Origin: Trypanosoma brucei
Taxonomy: Eukaryota
Direction of reading: 5' to 3'
NCBI GenBank assembly: GCA_000002445.1
Contig: CP000066.1
Span: forward strand, 768,001 to 832,000
Length of the DNA: 64,000 nucleotides
Below, piece after piece: positions 21,955 to 32,707 of the stretch. A program made the position numbers and the translations under genes. The number at the start of each line of letters is the position of its first letter. Positions within the stretch are counted from its first letter, which is position 1. The notes beneath the pieces were generated by a model, which made no database searches, was not told the origin of the DNA, and saw nothing but the letters and a program-made list of their open reading frames with translations.

Positions 21955-22604
21955 TACCTGAAGTTTAAGAAAAAAAAGGGCGTGCGGCAACGGTCACAGT
22001 TCAGTATATTACCTGAGTGTACTGGAAGCGCAGTGAGATGCGTAGCCATAGCAGAAAGAGGTGGTAAGGGGGAAAACGAAGAAAGTACCAAGAAAGAAGA
22101 TAAGAAGCAACATTCCAAAGGCACAGAACACACTGCTATGTCATTCAAGAAAAAGAGAATTTTTTTTAAAAAAAGCGTATTTGCGCCAGTTTGTTTGTGC
22201 GCACGTATATGTGTATGTGTGTATTCGCGGATCATGTGCTCACTCGATGAGCGCCATTAGAACAACTGTTAATACGCGCCCAGTCGCACAGTGGCACGCA
22301 CATGTGCATATCCAGCAAACTATGTTGACTGACACAAAAGACAAGTGTAGACCCAGAAGCAAGAGGAAACAAAAACAGTAGGGAAACTCCAGCTTTCCGG
22401 AAACCATCAGAGGAAATTGCTATTACAAAACAGCAGAAAGGAAAAATAATAGAAGAAATAGGGGAAAGGAGTGACGAAATGAAAAGTAAGCAGGGGGAAA
22501 TGGACATGCGTCAACGTACCGTTGTCTATCCACACCAGACCTCTCGCTTTCATTTACTACTTGTCGCCAACAACATCTGTTCGTAACAAAGATCCGCCAA
22601 GGCT

Positions 22605-24107
22605 TCAACACAACCCATAATTTGTAACCTTGTACTGACACAGCAACGCTGCAGCGTCGTCAAGTTGATCGAGATCAATCTTTGCCCCACCCGCGGAGTG
22701 TCGCTCCAAAACGGCGGCTATGTCATCAAGGAAACTCGACCCTGTTCGGGATAAATCTTCGTGGGATAAACTGATGTCGCTGGTATCAGCCCTCTGTGAC
22801 GAGCGGGGCTCCTGCTTTAGCTCAATCACTACGGGAACCCCATCCGCGGCATCTGCATTCTCCTTCCCAAGAAGTTCCATACGGCGCTGCTGCATATTTT
22901 TGCGCAACTCACTCATATTGATTTTACTCTTCGCTGACTTGATGCGCTCCATTGCCTCCATTCTCTCCTGAGAACTTAATTCTTTACCCTTATCAAGCCT
23001 TGGTGTGGCTTTTTTAGGGATATTATTCCTCTTTGCAGGAACTGCAGTGTTTCCAGGCACCTTTGGGGCCCCCGTCTGCCCTCTTGCGGTGAGCGGATGC
23101 TTCTGTTGCTGCCTGACCTGCAACTTCTTCCGGCTGCAATCATCCACTGCCATCACTGCTGCTTTTTCCTCTGCACCCCGCTCATTCCCCCAGCTAGTAA
23201 CAGCATCGCAACTAAAGAATAATTCCGGGCCATAGTACTGTTGAATCAACCTCCCTCGCGATGGTTTCTGCGAGGCGTGTGAAGGGTGACTCGGTGGTAC
23301 GACTAAGTGGTTGTCGATAAGATCCTGAGAAGTCGGACGCTCCTTCGGGTCCTTCCGAAGCATACGAAGAACGATCTCCTCAAGTCGTGTATCTAACCCC
23401 GTGTCAAAGGGTGCAACGTCCCGCGTGAGCACCTGCTGCAGCAACCCCGGTAAATGTTCAGCTTCAAATGGGCGCCGTAACGTACACATCTCATAGAAGA
23501 CAACACCGAGACTCCATACATCACTGCGAACATCATAGGCGTCACCGGCGCACACCTCAGGGGAGAAATAGAGAGGCGTACCAACCATGCTATTTGTTGC
23601 TATGGAGGCGCTTGTGAGGACCGTGCAGACACCGAAGTCGCCTAATTTTAAATGGTTTTTCTCAGTTACAAAAATGTTGCTTGTTTTAATATCGCGATGT
23701 ACAACACGACGTGAATGAAGGTGCGCAAGCCCAGAAAGTAACTCTACCATCCATTCAATGATGGCCTCCTCTGGGAACGGCTGGCCCTCCTCCTGCTGCA
23801 GCATAATGATTTCCTCAAGTGTACATTTACAACATTCCATAATGATATTTACAGATGTGTTGCCACTAAAGCTTTCACGAAACTTAACAATGTTTGGATG
23901 GTCCACACCACTCATTACACATATCTCTTGAAGCACACGCTTCCTCTCATCAGCACCCATGGGAAGCAAAGACATTTGTTTCAGCACATAGGGCCTATCT
24001 GTGCCCACCTCCCGTACCTTAAACACATCAGTAGTGTTACCTAAAAACAAGGCCTTCTCAATGGCATATCGCTTCAGCTCAGGGGCGGAAATATCCCGCG
24101 GCTTCAT
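22605..24107 (-). CDS. NEK-family (NIMA-related) serine/threonine protein kinase with atypical glycine loop
   Basis: First ATG at 24107 (the track start 24110 is GTG). Kinase subdomains are present: VLK (Lys), HRDIKTSNIF (catalytic loop), DFG, GTPLYFSPE and DVWSLG. The Gly-rich loop is degenerate (LGNTTDVFKV). The C-terminal half is a coiled-coil and low-complexity tail. Confidence 0.75.
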   Translation of the reverse strand: MKPRDISAPELKRYAIEKALFLGNTTDVFKVREVGTDRPYVLKQMSLLPMGADERKRVLQEICVMSGVDHPNIVKFRESFSGNTSVNIIMECCKCTLEEIIMLQQEEGQPFPEEAIIEWMVELLSGLAHLHSRRVVHRDIKTSNIFVTEKNHLKLGDFGVCTVLTSASIATNSMVGTPLYFSPEVCAGDAYDVRSDVWSLGVVFYEMCTLRRPFEAEHLPGLLQQVLTRDVAPFDTGLDTRLEEIVLRMLRKDPKERPTSQDLIDNHLVVPPSHPSHASQKPSRGRLIQQYYGPELFFSCDAVTSWGNERGAEEKAAVMAVDDCSRKKLQVRQQQKHPLTARGQTGAPKVPGNTAVPAKRNNIPKKATPRLDKGKELSSQERMEAMERIKSAKSKINMSELRKNMQQRRMELLGKENADAADGVPVVIELKQEPRSSQRADTSDISLSHEDLSRTGSSFLDDIAAVLERHSAGGAKIDLDQLDDAAALLCQYKVTNYGLC

Positions 24108-24431
24108 CACTCACGAGGACGAATAGAGCAACTGATTCGTGGCTATTTGCCCCCTGTGCATCAAAGCGGTGCAAAAAAACCGCAGCCAAGAGGTGAAAAA
24201 AAAAGGGTGTGGTCCGACAGAGCTGGATGAAGCCACAGCGTTGTTCGAGGCATTTGAAAACAAACAAGGTACGAATTTAAATGCGAAAACATAACTGAGC
24301 TGTACGCTGGAAGTGATCCAAAGGGAGGCACAACACCAAACATTACTAAACAAACAATCTGAATAAACAGACACAAAGAAAACACTCACGCGCAAACCGA
24401 CAAAAGAAAAGAGGGCGGGTCGAGCAACCGC

Positions 24432-27323
24432 TCAGGAAACCCTTGGTCGCTTCCGAAGGAGGTGTGCGTAATACAGTTGAAACTCTTCGGGTATGTGTTG
24501 GCCAAAGGAAGTTAGCAACTCCCCATAGCGATCACCAGCAGCCTCTGTAAAGAGCGAGATAAGCTCGTCGGTGGCAGTGCGTAAAACCTGCTTTTTGTCG
24601 TCATCAGTCAAGCCGAGTTGCGTCCGCGTGCCCGCTATCCGCTTCAATATTTCACGAAACTGGTCGTAACTCGTCTGCCGCAGCCGCTGCTTAAGAAACT
24701 GACAGAACTCCTTCGAACTGGAACCCGTCAGGAGAGTTGGTGGGGGAGCTGAATTGGTGGTTGTAGGTGAAGGGAGCACTTGTTTCTTAAATGTGGGTCT
24801 CGGTGCCGACGCCTCCGCCTCCTCCAGAGGAAGTTGTTGTGGCACGGACCTTTCCCCGCTCTTGTCCTTCGTGAATTCCCGAGATACAGCAACCGGCACC
24901 TCACTCGCTTCTTCCAGGATTTTCCGTCGTTGACCACTTTTTTCGGCTGCCGCCCCCTCCAACACCTGTGCAGCAAAGCGTTTCGCCATTTCCGCAGAAC
25001 TTGGAATTTTGGCTGCCTCAGAGCAGCCACCCGGACTGTTGCCCTGACTACCCGGCACTGCCTCCCCCAAAGAGCTGGCACCTCCGATCATTTGTGCACA
25101 CGCACCCGCCTGGCGAGCTGAAGTTCCCGAACGGCGACGGTACGGTGCAAAAAACTTTGCAATGCAAGCGTACGTCCCACGAAACTCCGAGTGGACCGTA
25201 CAACGCGACCCCACCCACTCAGACAGTCCGTGCAACCGATCCACGAAACGTTCATCAGCGAGCACGACAGCGCCATAGTCATCTTTATGTCGTATTACAC
25301 GCCCAACGCACTGGTTAACACTTCGCATGGCCTCGTTCATATACCATTCATTACCGGTAAATGGCTTTCCACCCACCGCAGGCCGTTTGGTCGATACTCG
25401 TGTGATGTATTCCCGTTTGAGACGAACGAACAAATCCGTGTGGTTTGCAAACGGTATACCCGCGATAACCACGCACCTACCATGCTGATCAGCAAAATCT
25501 ATACCCTCACTTATTCTTCCGCGGCACACCGCTAGCAGAAAGGCACCACGTGTCGAATTCGCATCCACCTCCCGCTGAAAGCTAGTAACGATTGTTTGTG
25601 CATCAGCTGCAGCGGCCGGTTCGACAAAAACGGGCTTCACCTGCTCGAGCATCGCCCAAACAGTCTCCGTCTCGTTTGCCCGACCACCTCCAGTTCGCCA
25701 CAAATCCACAGCCGCGTTTAAAGCGACGTAACTGGGGAAGAAAACGAGTATGCCACCTGGTGTAATTCGTGAAATATTCACGAGCGCCATCCCAAGTCCA
25801 ATTCTATAGTCCACACCATTGCGAAAGGCATAACCACCATTCAGCCTCTCACCTCCTGGCCCTCTGCAAAGCACACTTCCAATTACCTGCTTCTCTTCAA
25901 TGACGTGACTTCCCTTGAGGCACACTTCAAAGGAAACACCAAGCTCCATCGCAAAGTGACTGAGGGGCGACAACGTGCCGCTGGTAAGCAACAGAGAGTG
26001 CAAATCACAAACGAGCGACTGCACCACACGCGATATGTCTAAACACCAATAACTCAACGTCCGAGGATTGGCGTGACCATTAGTATTCTTGCCATCGGTT
26101 AGAATAAAATAGGAGGAATCATCATCACCTTCACCACAGCGCTCGAATACGAACGAAAGGAATTGTTGCACCTTTGACAGACCTACACCCGTCGACTCAC
26201 TCTGTGACAGTACTGTAAGCGCTTTTGAAATCACTTCATTTATAAACCCTCCTTCCCCTCCATCACCAAAGAAGATGTCGTGTGTGATGGCCGCCTTCCG
26301 CAGAAAGGAAATCATGTAAGAACCACTCCGAACAATCTCACAGCCTGTTAACGATCCAGAGGTATCTAAACGACCAGCATGTGTCTCTGCCTCCTCTTTA
26401 CTCGGCAGCTCCCTTGGCTCATTAACAATACACGCCTCTAGTCCACAAAGAATAACCTTCAGCGAGGCAAACTCCTGCTCGGATGTCACAGCACTCGTAT
26501 CGTCATTGTTATCTTCATCTTTCGACAAAATTCGTTGCATCGCCATGGCCCTGGAACACTCACAGATAGCATTTGCAAGATCTAGCGGCTGTAGATTCAT
26601 GCAGGAAGCCGACCCGAGCACAGACGGCAAGTTGTGTGCCTCATCAACAATCAACACGGAGCCACTCAACTCAAAAGGAAGTTGCTTTCGAAAAGACACA
26701 TCAAAGACATAGTTATATGGAAGAAATACAACATCTGCATCTTTAGCAGCATCTCTTTCGTAGTAGTACGGGCAGAAGCCGCACTTCCGGCCCTCAGAAA
26801 CTAAATCCTCCATGTCGTGTATCCATAACTCATCTGGAAAATCCTTCCTCCCCGCGGCACGTGCTTCATAGCCACGGTAAAAACGACAGTTCCTATCTTC
26901 TCTGAGCTGGCTGCACAGCTTCCGCTGAGCATGCGAAGATGGAAGCTGAAGCACCTGCGAGTTAAGACACATGTGATCCCTAGAACCCAATACTGCCATG
27001 GAAAAGATGCTGCTGTAGCGGGTCCGCTTGAACTCACGAATAACTTGGCTTAACTGCGCATGAGTCCTACTGCAGTACACCACGCGAAGTAAGCTGGTTC
27101 GATCGCTAATACCACTGTTAAGAAAACAGATGCGCCTCTCGTCTAGCCAAGCCAAAACGCCGCAGAGAAGACACAACGTTTTACCTGTCCCTGTTGGCGA
27201 CTCCAGAAGTGCGTTGTGAGATCCTTTCAGGGCATATATGACAGACCGCATGTACTCCTCCTGCACCGGATAGGGAGCGAATGGAAATGAAACCTCAACG
27301 CCGTCAATAAATACAGACGACAT
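24432..27323 (-). CDS. RTEL1: RTEL1-like Fe-S DNA helicase (Rad3/XPD/FANCJ family, DEAH)
   Basis: 963 aa with a true ATG at 27323. FPFAPYPVQEEYM and ESPTGTGKTLCLLC (Walker A) match the RTEL1 N-terminus. An Fe-S Cys cluster (HMCLNS...C...CRFY...CGFCPYY) and DEAH (VLIVDEAHNL) are present. SYWCLDISRVV...LLTSGTLSP and QCVGRVIRHKDDYGAV match conserved motifs of RTEL1-type helicases. Confidence 0.8.
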   Translation of the reverse strand: MSSVFIDGVEVSFPFAPYPVQEEYMRSVIYALKGSHNALLESPTGTGKTLCLLCGVLAWLDERRICFLNSGISDRTSLLRVVYCSRTHAQLSQVIREFKRTRYSSIFSMAVLGSRDHMCLNSQVLQLPSSHAQRKLCSQLREDRNCRFYRGYEARAAGRKDFPDELWIHDMEDLVSEGRKCGFCPYYYERDAAKDADVVFLPYNYVFDVSFRKQLPFELSGSVLIVDEAHNLPSVLGSASCMNLQPLDLANAICECSRAMAMQRILSKDEDNNDDTSAVTSEQEFASLKVILCGLEACIVNEPRELPSKEEAETHAGRLDTSGSLTGCEIVRSGSYMISFLRKAAITHDIFFGDGGEGGFINEVISKALTVLSQSESTGVGLSKVQQFLSFVFERCGEGDDDSSYFILTDGKNTNGHANPRTLSYWCLDISRVVQSLVCDLHSLLLTSGTLSPLSHFAMELGVSFEVCLKGSHVIEEKQVIGSVLCRGPGGERLNGGYAFRNGVDYRIGLGMALVNISRITPGGILVFFPSYVALNAAVDLWRTGGGRANETETVWAMLEQVKPVFVEPAAAADAQTIVTSFQREVDANSTRGAFLLAVCRGRISEGIDFADQHGRCVVIAGIPFANHTDLFVRLKREYITRVSTKRPAVGGKPFTGNEWYMNEAMRSVNQCVGRVIRHKDDYGAVVLADERFVDRLHGLSEWVGSRCTVHSEFRGTYACIAKFFAPYRRRSGTSARQAGACAQMIGGASSLGEAVPGSQGNSPGGCSEAAKIPSSAEMAKRFAAQVLEGAAAEKSGQRRKILEEASEVPVAVSREFTKDKSGERSVPQQLPLEEAEASAPRPTFKKQVLPSPTTTNSAPPPTLLTGSSSKEFCQFLKQRLRQTSYDQFREILKRIAGTRTQLGLTDDDKKQVLRTATDELISLFTEAAGDRYGELLTSFGQHIPEEFQLYYAHLLRKRPRVS

Positions 27324-27970
27324 GATCCGTTAACAGAACAGGTGGCCTGTAATATTTCCCTTGTCTGGTGAAAAGGGGGGAGGAAAAACGAAGTTTCTGA
27401 ACATGCCAAGGAAAAGCGGGCCTGCTCACACACACGCAATCCGCTACCGTAACTCAGCTTGAAAAGACACCATTTTCAGACAAAAAAAGTGATCATAATG
27501 AATAGGAAGTAGCTGGCGCAAGCAGCCGCTATTGTGGACGAGAAGAGACAAATGACTGCATTTGCTCTCATGTTTCCAAAGAAACGAAGCGCCAAGGGTA
27601 AACTATGGTGCAGGCAGCCCGAGCTTATAACTCTTAACTTCGTAGCGCTTCTTTTTTTCTTCTCTCTCACAAAATGGAACACGCTCACACCTGTTGGAGA
27701 AGATAATTCAGCACCAAGATGGCACTCCCCCTCTACACCGCCAATCGGAGAGATTGTGGTGATGTCACACCGATTACCAAAAACAAAAAAGGAAAAAAGA
27801 AACCCACCTCCCTCCCTGCCCCTCATAATGGCATGTGTAGAATTTAAAATGTATCCCCAACCACCTATTTTCAACTTCTCAATACCGAAAAACAAAAAAG
27901 AAAAAAGGGGGAACAGTAAATACAAAGTCAATATGAGGAGGGGGAGTGTGTAAGACTGGAAGTGGGCACC

Positions 27971-28339
27971 TCACTGCTTATCCTCCACAAAAATAATGTG
28001 ATATCCAAATTTAGTCTTAACCGGTTCCTGAGTCATTCCCCCTTTGGGTAAAGCAAAGGCTTTCTCGGAAAACTCACCCACCATGGCACCACGAGTGACC
28101 CAACCGAGATCACCACCGGAGCGGGCCTTGTCTTCGCTGTAATCCCGAGCAACATTGGCGAAACTCTCGCCAGCCTTTATCTTTTCCAATGCCTCCAATG
28201 CACGGCTGAGCTTCTCGCAAAGAATATGCCGTACCTTCACCTTTGTGTATCCAGAACCACCAGACGTATCCTTCCCCTTTTTTCCACCATCAGCGCTACT
28301 ACCGGTGTTCTTGCCGCCCTTCATGTTTTCTTTGCCCAT
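27971..28339 (-). CDS. Parvulin-type peptidyl-prolyl cis-trans isomerase (Par14/PIN4-like)
   Basis: 122 aa with a true ATG at 28339. It has a basic Gly/Lys-rich N-terminus followed by a rotamase domain ([10 protein letters not shown]...[12 protein letters not shown]), as in Par14. Confidence 0.8.
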   Translation of the reverse strand: MGKENMKGGKNTGSSADGGKKGKDTSGGSGYTKVKVRHILCEKLSRALEALEKIKAGESFANVARDYSEDKARSGGDLGWVTRGAMVGEFSEKAFALPKGGMTQEPVKTKFGYHIIFVEDKQ

Positions 28340-28547
28340 TGAAACGAAAAAAAAAGGCGACGGAGAAACTCAATTTGGCTCTTCCCCTTTTCGCTTGGGT
28401 CACTGATGCTATGTGACCGAATGCGTTCACGCTCTGTCCTAACCTTTGATGTTCCTTTCCTTTGTTCTTTTATTACATCATGTACTTTGGGATGATTAAA
28501 AGTGGTGGTGAGCCTGGTGGGAAGCGAGGGAAGTGCCCACCGTTGAA

Positions 28548-28581
<34 letters not shown>

Positions 28582-28975
28582 ATACGTATATATAACTGCG
28601 ACACATTAGTTTATATTTGCTTGCTATTTTGTCATTCAAAGCAGTAAACAGGAAATATATTACTATTCTATTGGTTTAGGGGGAAAAAATCAACTAAGCA
28701 CTCAAATCTAACAGAAGGCACACACACATACGCACACACGGAAACACCCACTGCAATATGGTCATCCCAACATCATCCTCGTTTCGTCTCTTCCTGTCAT
28801 TGCTTTTGGCTGCCTGTGCAGTACTTCACAGCCTTCTGATGTCACTGCCGCCACAACGTCATGTCATTATCTATCTGTTCTTCTTGCCATGTGTGCGTGC
28901 AGCTGCATGTATGGCTTTTGCGCCTCCTCTCTTGCTCTCCCTCGCCATGGAAGATCCCTGACGAACACACAACAG

Positions 28976-31900
28976 TTACCGGTCCGTCCTGCCACGGCGG
29001 TTAGTTGTCGAGTTGATCTCGAACACGGTTTCTGCTTCACGCGCCCGCTTCTTAACACCAGTGGCAGTACAAGGCACTGAATCCCCACTAAATGGAGTGG
29101 AAGACTCGTAGGGTCGCGCCATTTCACCCAAACAGGAGGTAATACCGGAGGTAATACCGCAGTTGAGCAACTTCACTACAGCCTGATCCCGCTTCTCCAC
29201 AGTTTCGTTCCACCGCGTCGTCAGCGATTCAATCGCTTCTGCACTGATGGGCACTGCAAAACGCGCAACCGCCTCGTCACGCCACGACTCCAAGCGGGGA
29301 CGAACAGGAGTGTCCGTACCAACGACCTCGATCGCACGGGTGCAGCAGAACAACAACCAGGAAGGAAGTGCTTTCGTGTAGAAGTACATGCACTTCTCGA
29401 GTGTTGTCATGCAAACATCCCGCGCGTGCTCCGAGTCATTTTGTGCTATCTCAATAAGCAGCTCGCTAGCAATAAACTCATGGAGGGAATATTTGCTCAA
29501 CATCTGCGTGAGCTGACTATTCTGCGATGAGTACCGAGCTGATGTACGACGACCTGATGAAATTTTACCCATTGCCGACTTTTCCTCGTCATCTGGTGCT
29601 ATCTCGTCATCAAGCCTCGCTGCCTGTCGCGCGGCCGTCGGATCGATATTGCGTATCTGCACAAGAATAAGAGCGTCAGACAGTTTTGTGACAAATTCTA
29701 TCAACCATGATGCAGTTGGTACGTGCTGCCGGAGCATCGCGACGAAGGCGAGGACACCGCCCTGAGCAAACATGGACTGACGCTGATCGTGGCTGGAAGC
29801 GTAACTCTGAAAAAACTTACTAAGGTAGTCCACCATATACGCGGAGGAGTTGTTCGTCTTCTCTCCTTTGCGGTGGGCTACTAGGTGTGTCAAAAGGTCT
29901 GCAATTATTTCAGGAACGTACCTCGGATGCACGCGGCTGCAGCTAAGTAGCTTGCTAAAGCCAACAACTGCCATTGTGCTTCTCACAGCATTGTTCGTCC
30001 ACACAAACGCGCGCAGCGAATTTAACAAATTGCCACCACCAACCTTGTGCTCATCCTCCCGTGATAAGGCCTTCTCGTGCCGAAGACGTGCCTCAAGAGC
30101 ACTTTCACCACCCGCAGAGGCCGGAGAATGAGCGGTAGCGTCATCATCTTCCCTGTAGCTCACCTCCTCCCCTGCAACACTGCGGCTGCGATTGCTGTAA
30201 GTGCCGCTAGCCCTTGTTTCTGTGGGACAGTCGAAGAAGCGCAGACCGTACTCCATCACAAGGTCAAAGACGACACCCAAAGCTGCCAATGACACGCAGT
30301 CGCCCTTCTCCGTGGTTACATCGGTGGCATCGCTCATTATCAGGGGCATAAACGTGTGAACTGTGTCAGGATTAACAAGGCACTGTAGTCCAAGCGACTT
30401 TGTGGAAACAATCTTCACAGGGCCGTTGTCCAGCCGGCGGCCAAGCTGGATGATGTGAGAGCAAAAGGATGGGATAGTATCACCCCTTTGCGAGTGTGAA
30501 AGAAACGCAAAAACAATGTGCTGCATTCGCAGAAGGAACTTCTCATCCATGTCCATCTCCTCCCGAAGTGTTTCATACTCCTCCTTCTCCACTCCTCCCA
30601 ACCGATTCTTCATGAGTAATGACATCAGATGTTGATGCCGCTCGCGACTCTTCTGTCCGAAAGCTTCCACGTCATCATAACCTAGAGAATATTTTCGCGG
30701 AAGCCTCAAACAGCGGAAGAGGGAACTGAGTGCCGAAGTAACGGTTTTGGTGGCTTCCTCTGGTGTGCGCTCAGTCAATGCCTTCAGTGTGCGGACAGCA
30801 ATATCCACGAATAGCGTGGGGTCATCGTCTGGAACAATCTTAAGCAGAAAACTAATGTTGCGGAGCAGGCTGCTCCTTGTTGTGTTGTCCGAGTGTGCCA
30901 GAAAACCATTTTCTTGATATATCTCAAACACGGAAAGTAAGCAACGAAGCATGGCGTCGGCTTCATCGGCGTTCTTGTATTTCACTGTCTCCGGCTCCGC
31001 ATCTGGATGAGCAAATAGGTTAATGGTGTCCTTGAGGAGGGTGCTGAACTGCGCCAGTGGCAGAAGCACGGCCATTTCATCCTCTCCCTCGGCATCCGCC
31101 GAAAGCCGTGCACTGGTCTTCCACAACAAAAGTGAGGCCGCGCTTACACATCCAAAATCCACCACGTATTTCTTTGCTTTGTTGTGACGCTTACAGTACA
31201 TTAACATCTCCGTGCAAAAAGCATCCACACTTTCAAGATCTATGCAACTGCAGTTCTCCGCCATCAGCAGTTGCAGAGTGGCTTCGCAGTCATCGCCGTT
31301 ATCACGATGCAGCCAAGAGTCGGTCAACGCGGCCCGGCATGCATTGGCAACAGTCTTATTCCCATCCGCTAAACCTTCTTTAATTAACGACGGTAGGTTG
31401 ACTCCCCTCATGTGCGCACAAGCGGTAACGATTTCCCACCGTGAGCGGCTCAACGCGTCCCAGGCGGCTGCACGAACCCGTGCCACTGCATCACGTAAAC
31501 AGCGAATCATGCTGCTGAAGTAGCCGTTTGTGAACTCCGTTCGATCGCGCACATTCAAAAGTATCTGCCGACGTACATCCGCAGAGGTGTCAGTGCAGAG
31601 AAGTGCCAGCAACTGCTGCGTCATATCGCAAGTTTTCTTACCAATTTGAAAATATGATGCGCAGGAGACAGCTCGCTCTCGTACCGCAGGAAACTTGTCG
31701 TGTAACCGTAATTTAACCACCTCCGCCAAATCCTCATACAAATTCTGTCGTGCAACTGTGTCATTCTTAGAATCCACCGTCCTCAGAAGCGCGTCGAAGA
31801 GGGACACGACACCGAGACGAACCATCTTGTCGTTTGCGTTGTGGAGTCCCATTACTGTTTTCAATATTGTTAAAGCAATTTGGTCGGAGCCATACCTCTC

Positions 31901-32161
31901 GCGACACTCTTTACAAAAATCTGTGAGGAAGTTATACTGCCGCTTGAGCGCATCTGGGGGAATACGGGGGGCTTCCTTCAGCACAAGCAACACCACATAA
32001 CACACAGACTCACCCACAGCTATTTGGTTGTCCGCAAAGTACGCAAGTAACTCTTTTCTGCACTGGGGAATGTGTGCGGCGCTCTTATGAATCCGCTGGA
32101 AAATGTTCCCCACACTTGCAACGTCGAACTCCTTGGAAACTCGCTTCTTTTTAGGCGGCAT
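28976..32161 (-). CDS. HEAT-repeat protein, probable condensin non-SMC subunit CAP-G (Cnd3/Ycg1-like)
   Basis: First ATG at 32161 (MPPKKKRVSK; the track start is TTG). The N-terminal block VRLGVVSLFDALL...VVKLRLHDKFPAVRERAVSCAS parallels the NCAPG block VRFRVCLLINKLL...LIRLKDKIPNVRIQAVLALS. HEAT-like helices run throughout. The length (about 1060 aa) fits. Confidence 0.5.
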   Translation of the reverse strand: MPPKKKRVSKEFDVASVGNIFQRIHKSAAHIPQCRKELLAYFADNQIAVGESVCYVVLLVLKEAPRIPPDALKRQYNFLTDFCKECRERYGSDQIALTILKTVMGLHNANDKMVRLGVVSLFDALLRTVDSKNDTVARQNLYEDLAEVVKLRLHDKFPAVRERAVSCASYFQIGKKTCDMTQQLLALLCTDTSADVRRQILLNVRDRTEFTNGYFSSMIRCLRDAVARVRAAAWDALSRSRWEIVTACAHMRGVNLPSLIKEGLADGNKTVANACRAALTDSWLHRDNGDDCEATLQLLMAENCSCIDLESVDAFCTEMLMYCKRHNKAKKYVVDFGCVSAASLLLWKTSARLSADAEGEDEMAVLLPLAQFSTLLKDTINLFAHPDAEPETVKYKNADEADAMLRCLLSVFEIYQENGFLAHSDNTTRSSLLRNISFLLKIVPDDDPTLFVDIAVRTLKALTERTPEEATKTVTSALSSLFRCLRLPRKYSLGYDDVEAFGQKSRERHQHLMSLLMKNRLGGVEKEEYETLREEMDMDEKFLLRMQHIVFAFLSHSQRGDTIPSFCSHIIQLGRRLDNGPVKIVSTKSLGLQCLVNPDTVHTFMPLIMSDATDVTTEKGDCVSLAALGVVFDLVMEYGLRFFDCPTETRASGTYSNRSRSVAGEEVSYREDDDATAHSPASAGGESALEARLRHEKALSREDEHKVGGGNLLNSLRAFVWTNNAVRSTMAVVGFSKLLSCSRVHPRYVPEIIADLLTHLVAHRKGEKTNNSSAYMVDYLSKFFQSYASSHDQRQSMFAQGGVLAFVAMLRQHVPTASWLIEFVTKLSDALILVQIRNIDPTAARQAARLDDEIAPDDEEKSAMGKISSGRRTSARYSSQNSQLTQMLSKYSLHEFIASELLIEIAQNDSEHARDVCMTTLEKCMYFYTKALPSWLLFCCTRAIEVVGTDTPVRPRLESWRDEAVARFAVPISAEAIESLTTRWNETVEKRDQAVVKLLNCGITSGITSCLGEMARPYESSTPFSGDSVPCTATGVKKRAREAETVFEINSTTNRRGRTDR

Positions 32162-32707
32162 GTCCGACAACAAACGATATCTGGCGGTGTTTACAATGCT
32201 TGAGAAGGCAATAGTGACAGTGCTAAGTGCCTTCAGGTATATCCCCTCACCGCGACCTACTTAATATATGCGTAAGAGCGTAATGTTGTTGATTTTAGTA
32301 TTGTCGTTTAAAAGATAAAGGGGAAGGGAAATAAATGGGTATTTGCACGTAAAAGGGTGGAGAAAACGACAAGAAAAAAGCAAATATAGAGCAAAGAATA
32401 CCCAAAAGAGGCCAGTTGCCATCGGCCTGACGGAGGCAATTATACACGTACATCTACATCGACATATGGGTGCGTGCGGCGTCAGTGAACTTCCGCGTAC
32501 GGTATGCGTCTAAACACAGCACAGGTAGCCAAGTCATATTTTTTTTTAAAAAAAGGGGGGGTAGAAGAAAAGTTGGCGTATTGCAAAGAATGGCACAGTC
32601 AGAGAGAAAGAGGGTAACCTGTACACAGAGATGTGTGTGGTGCAGAAATACAGATCCGATATGTTCGCGCCTTGCGGAGGCTACCGCCCTCTTTGTTGTG
32701 GCATGGC

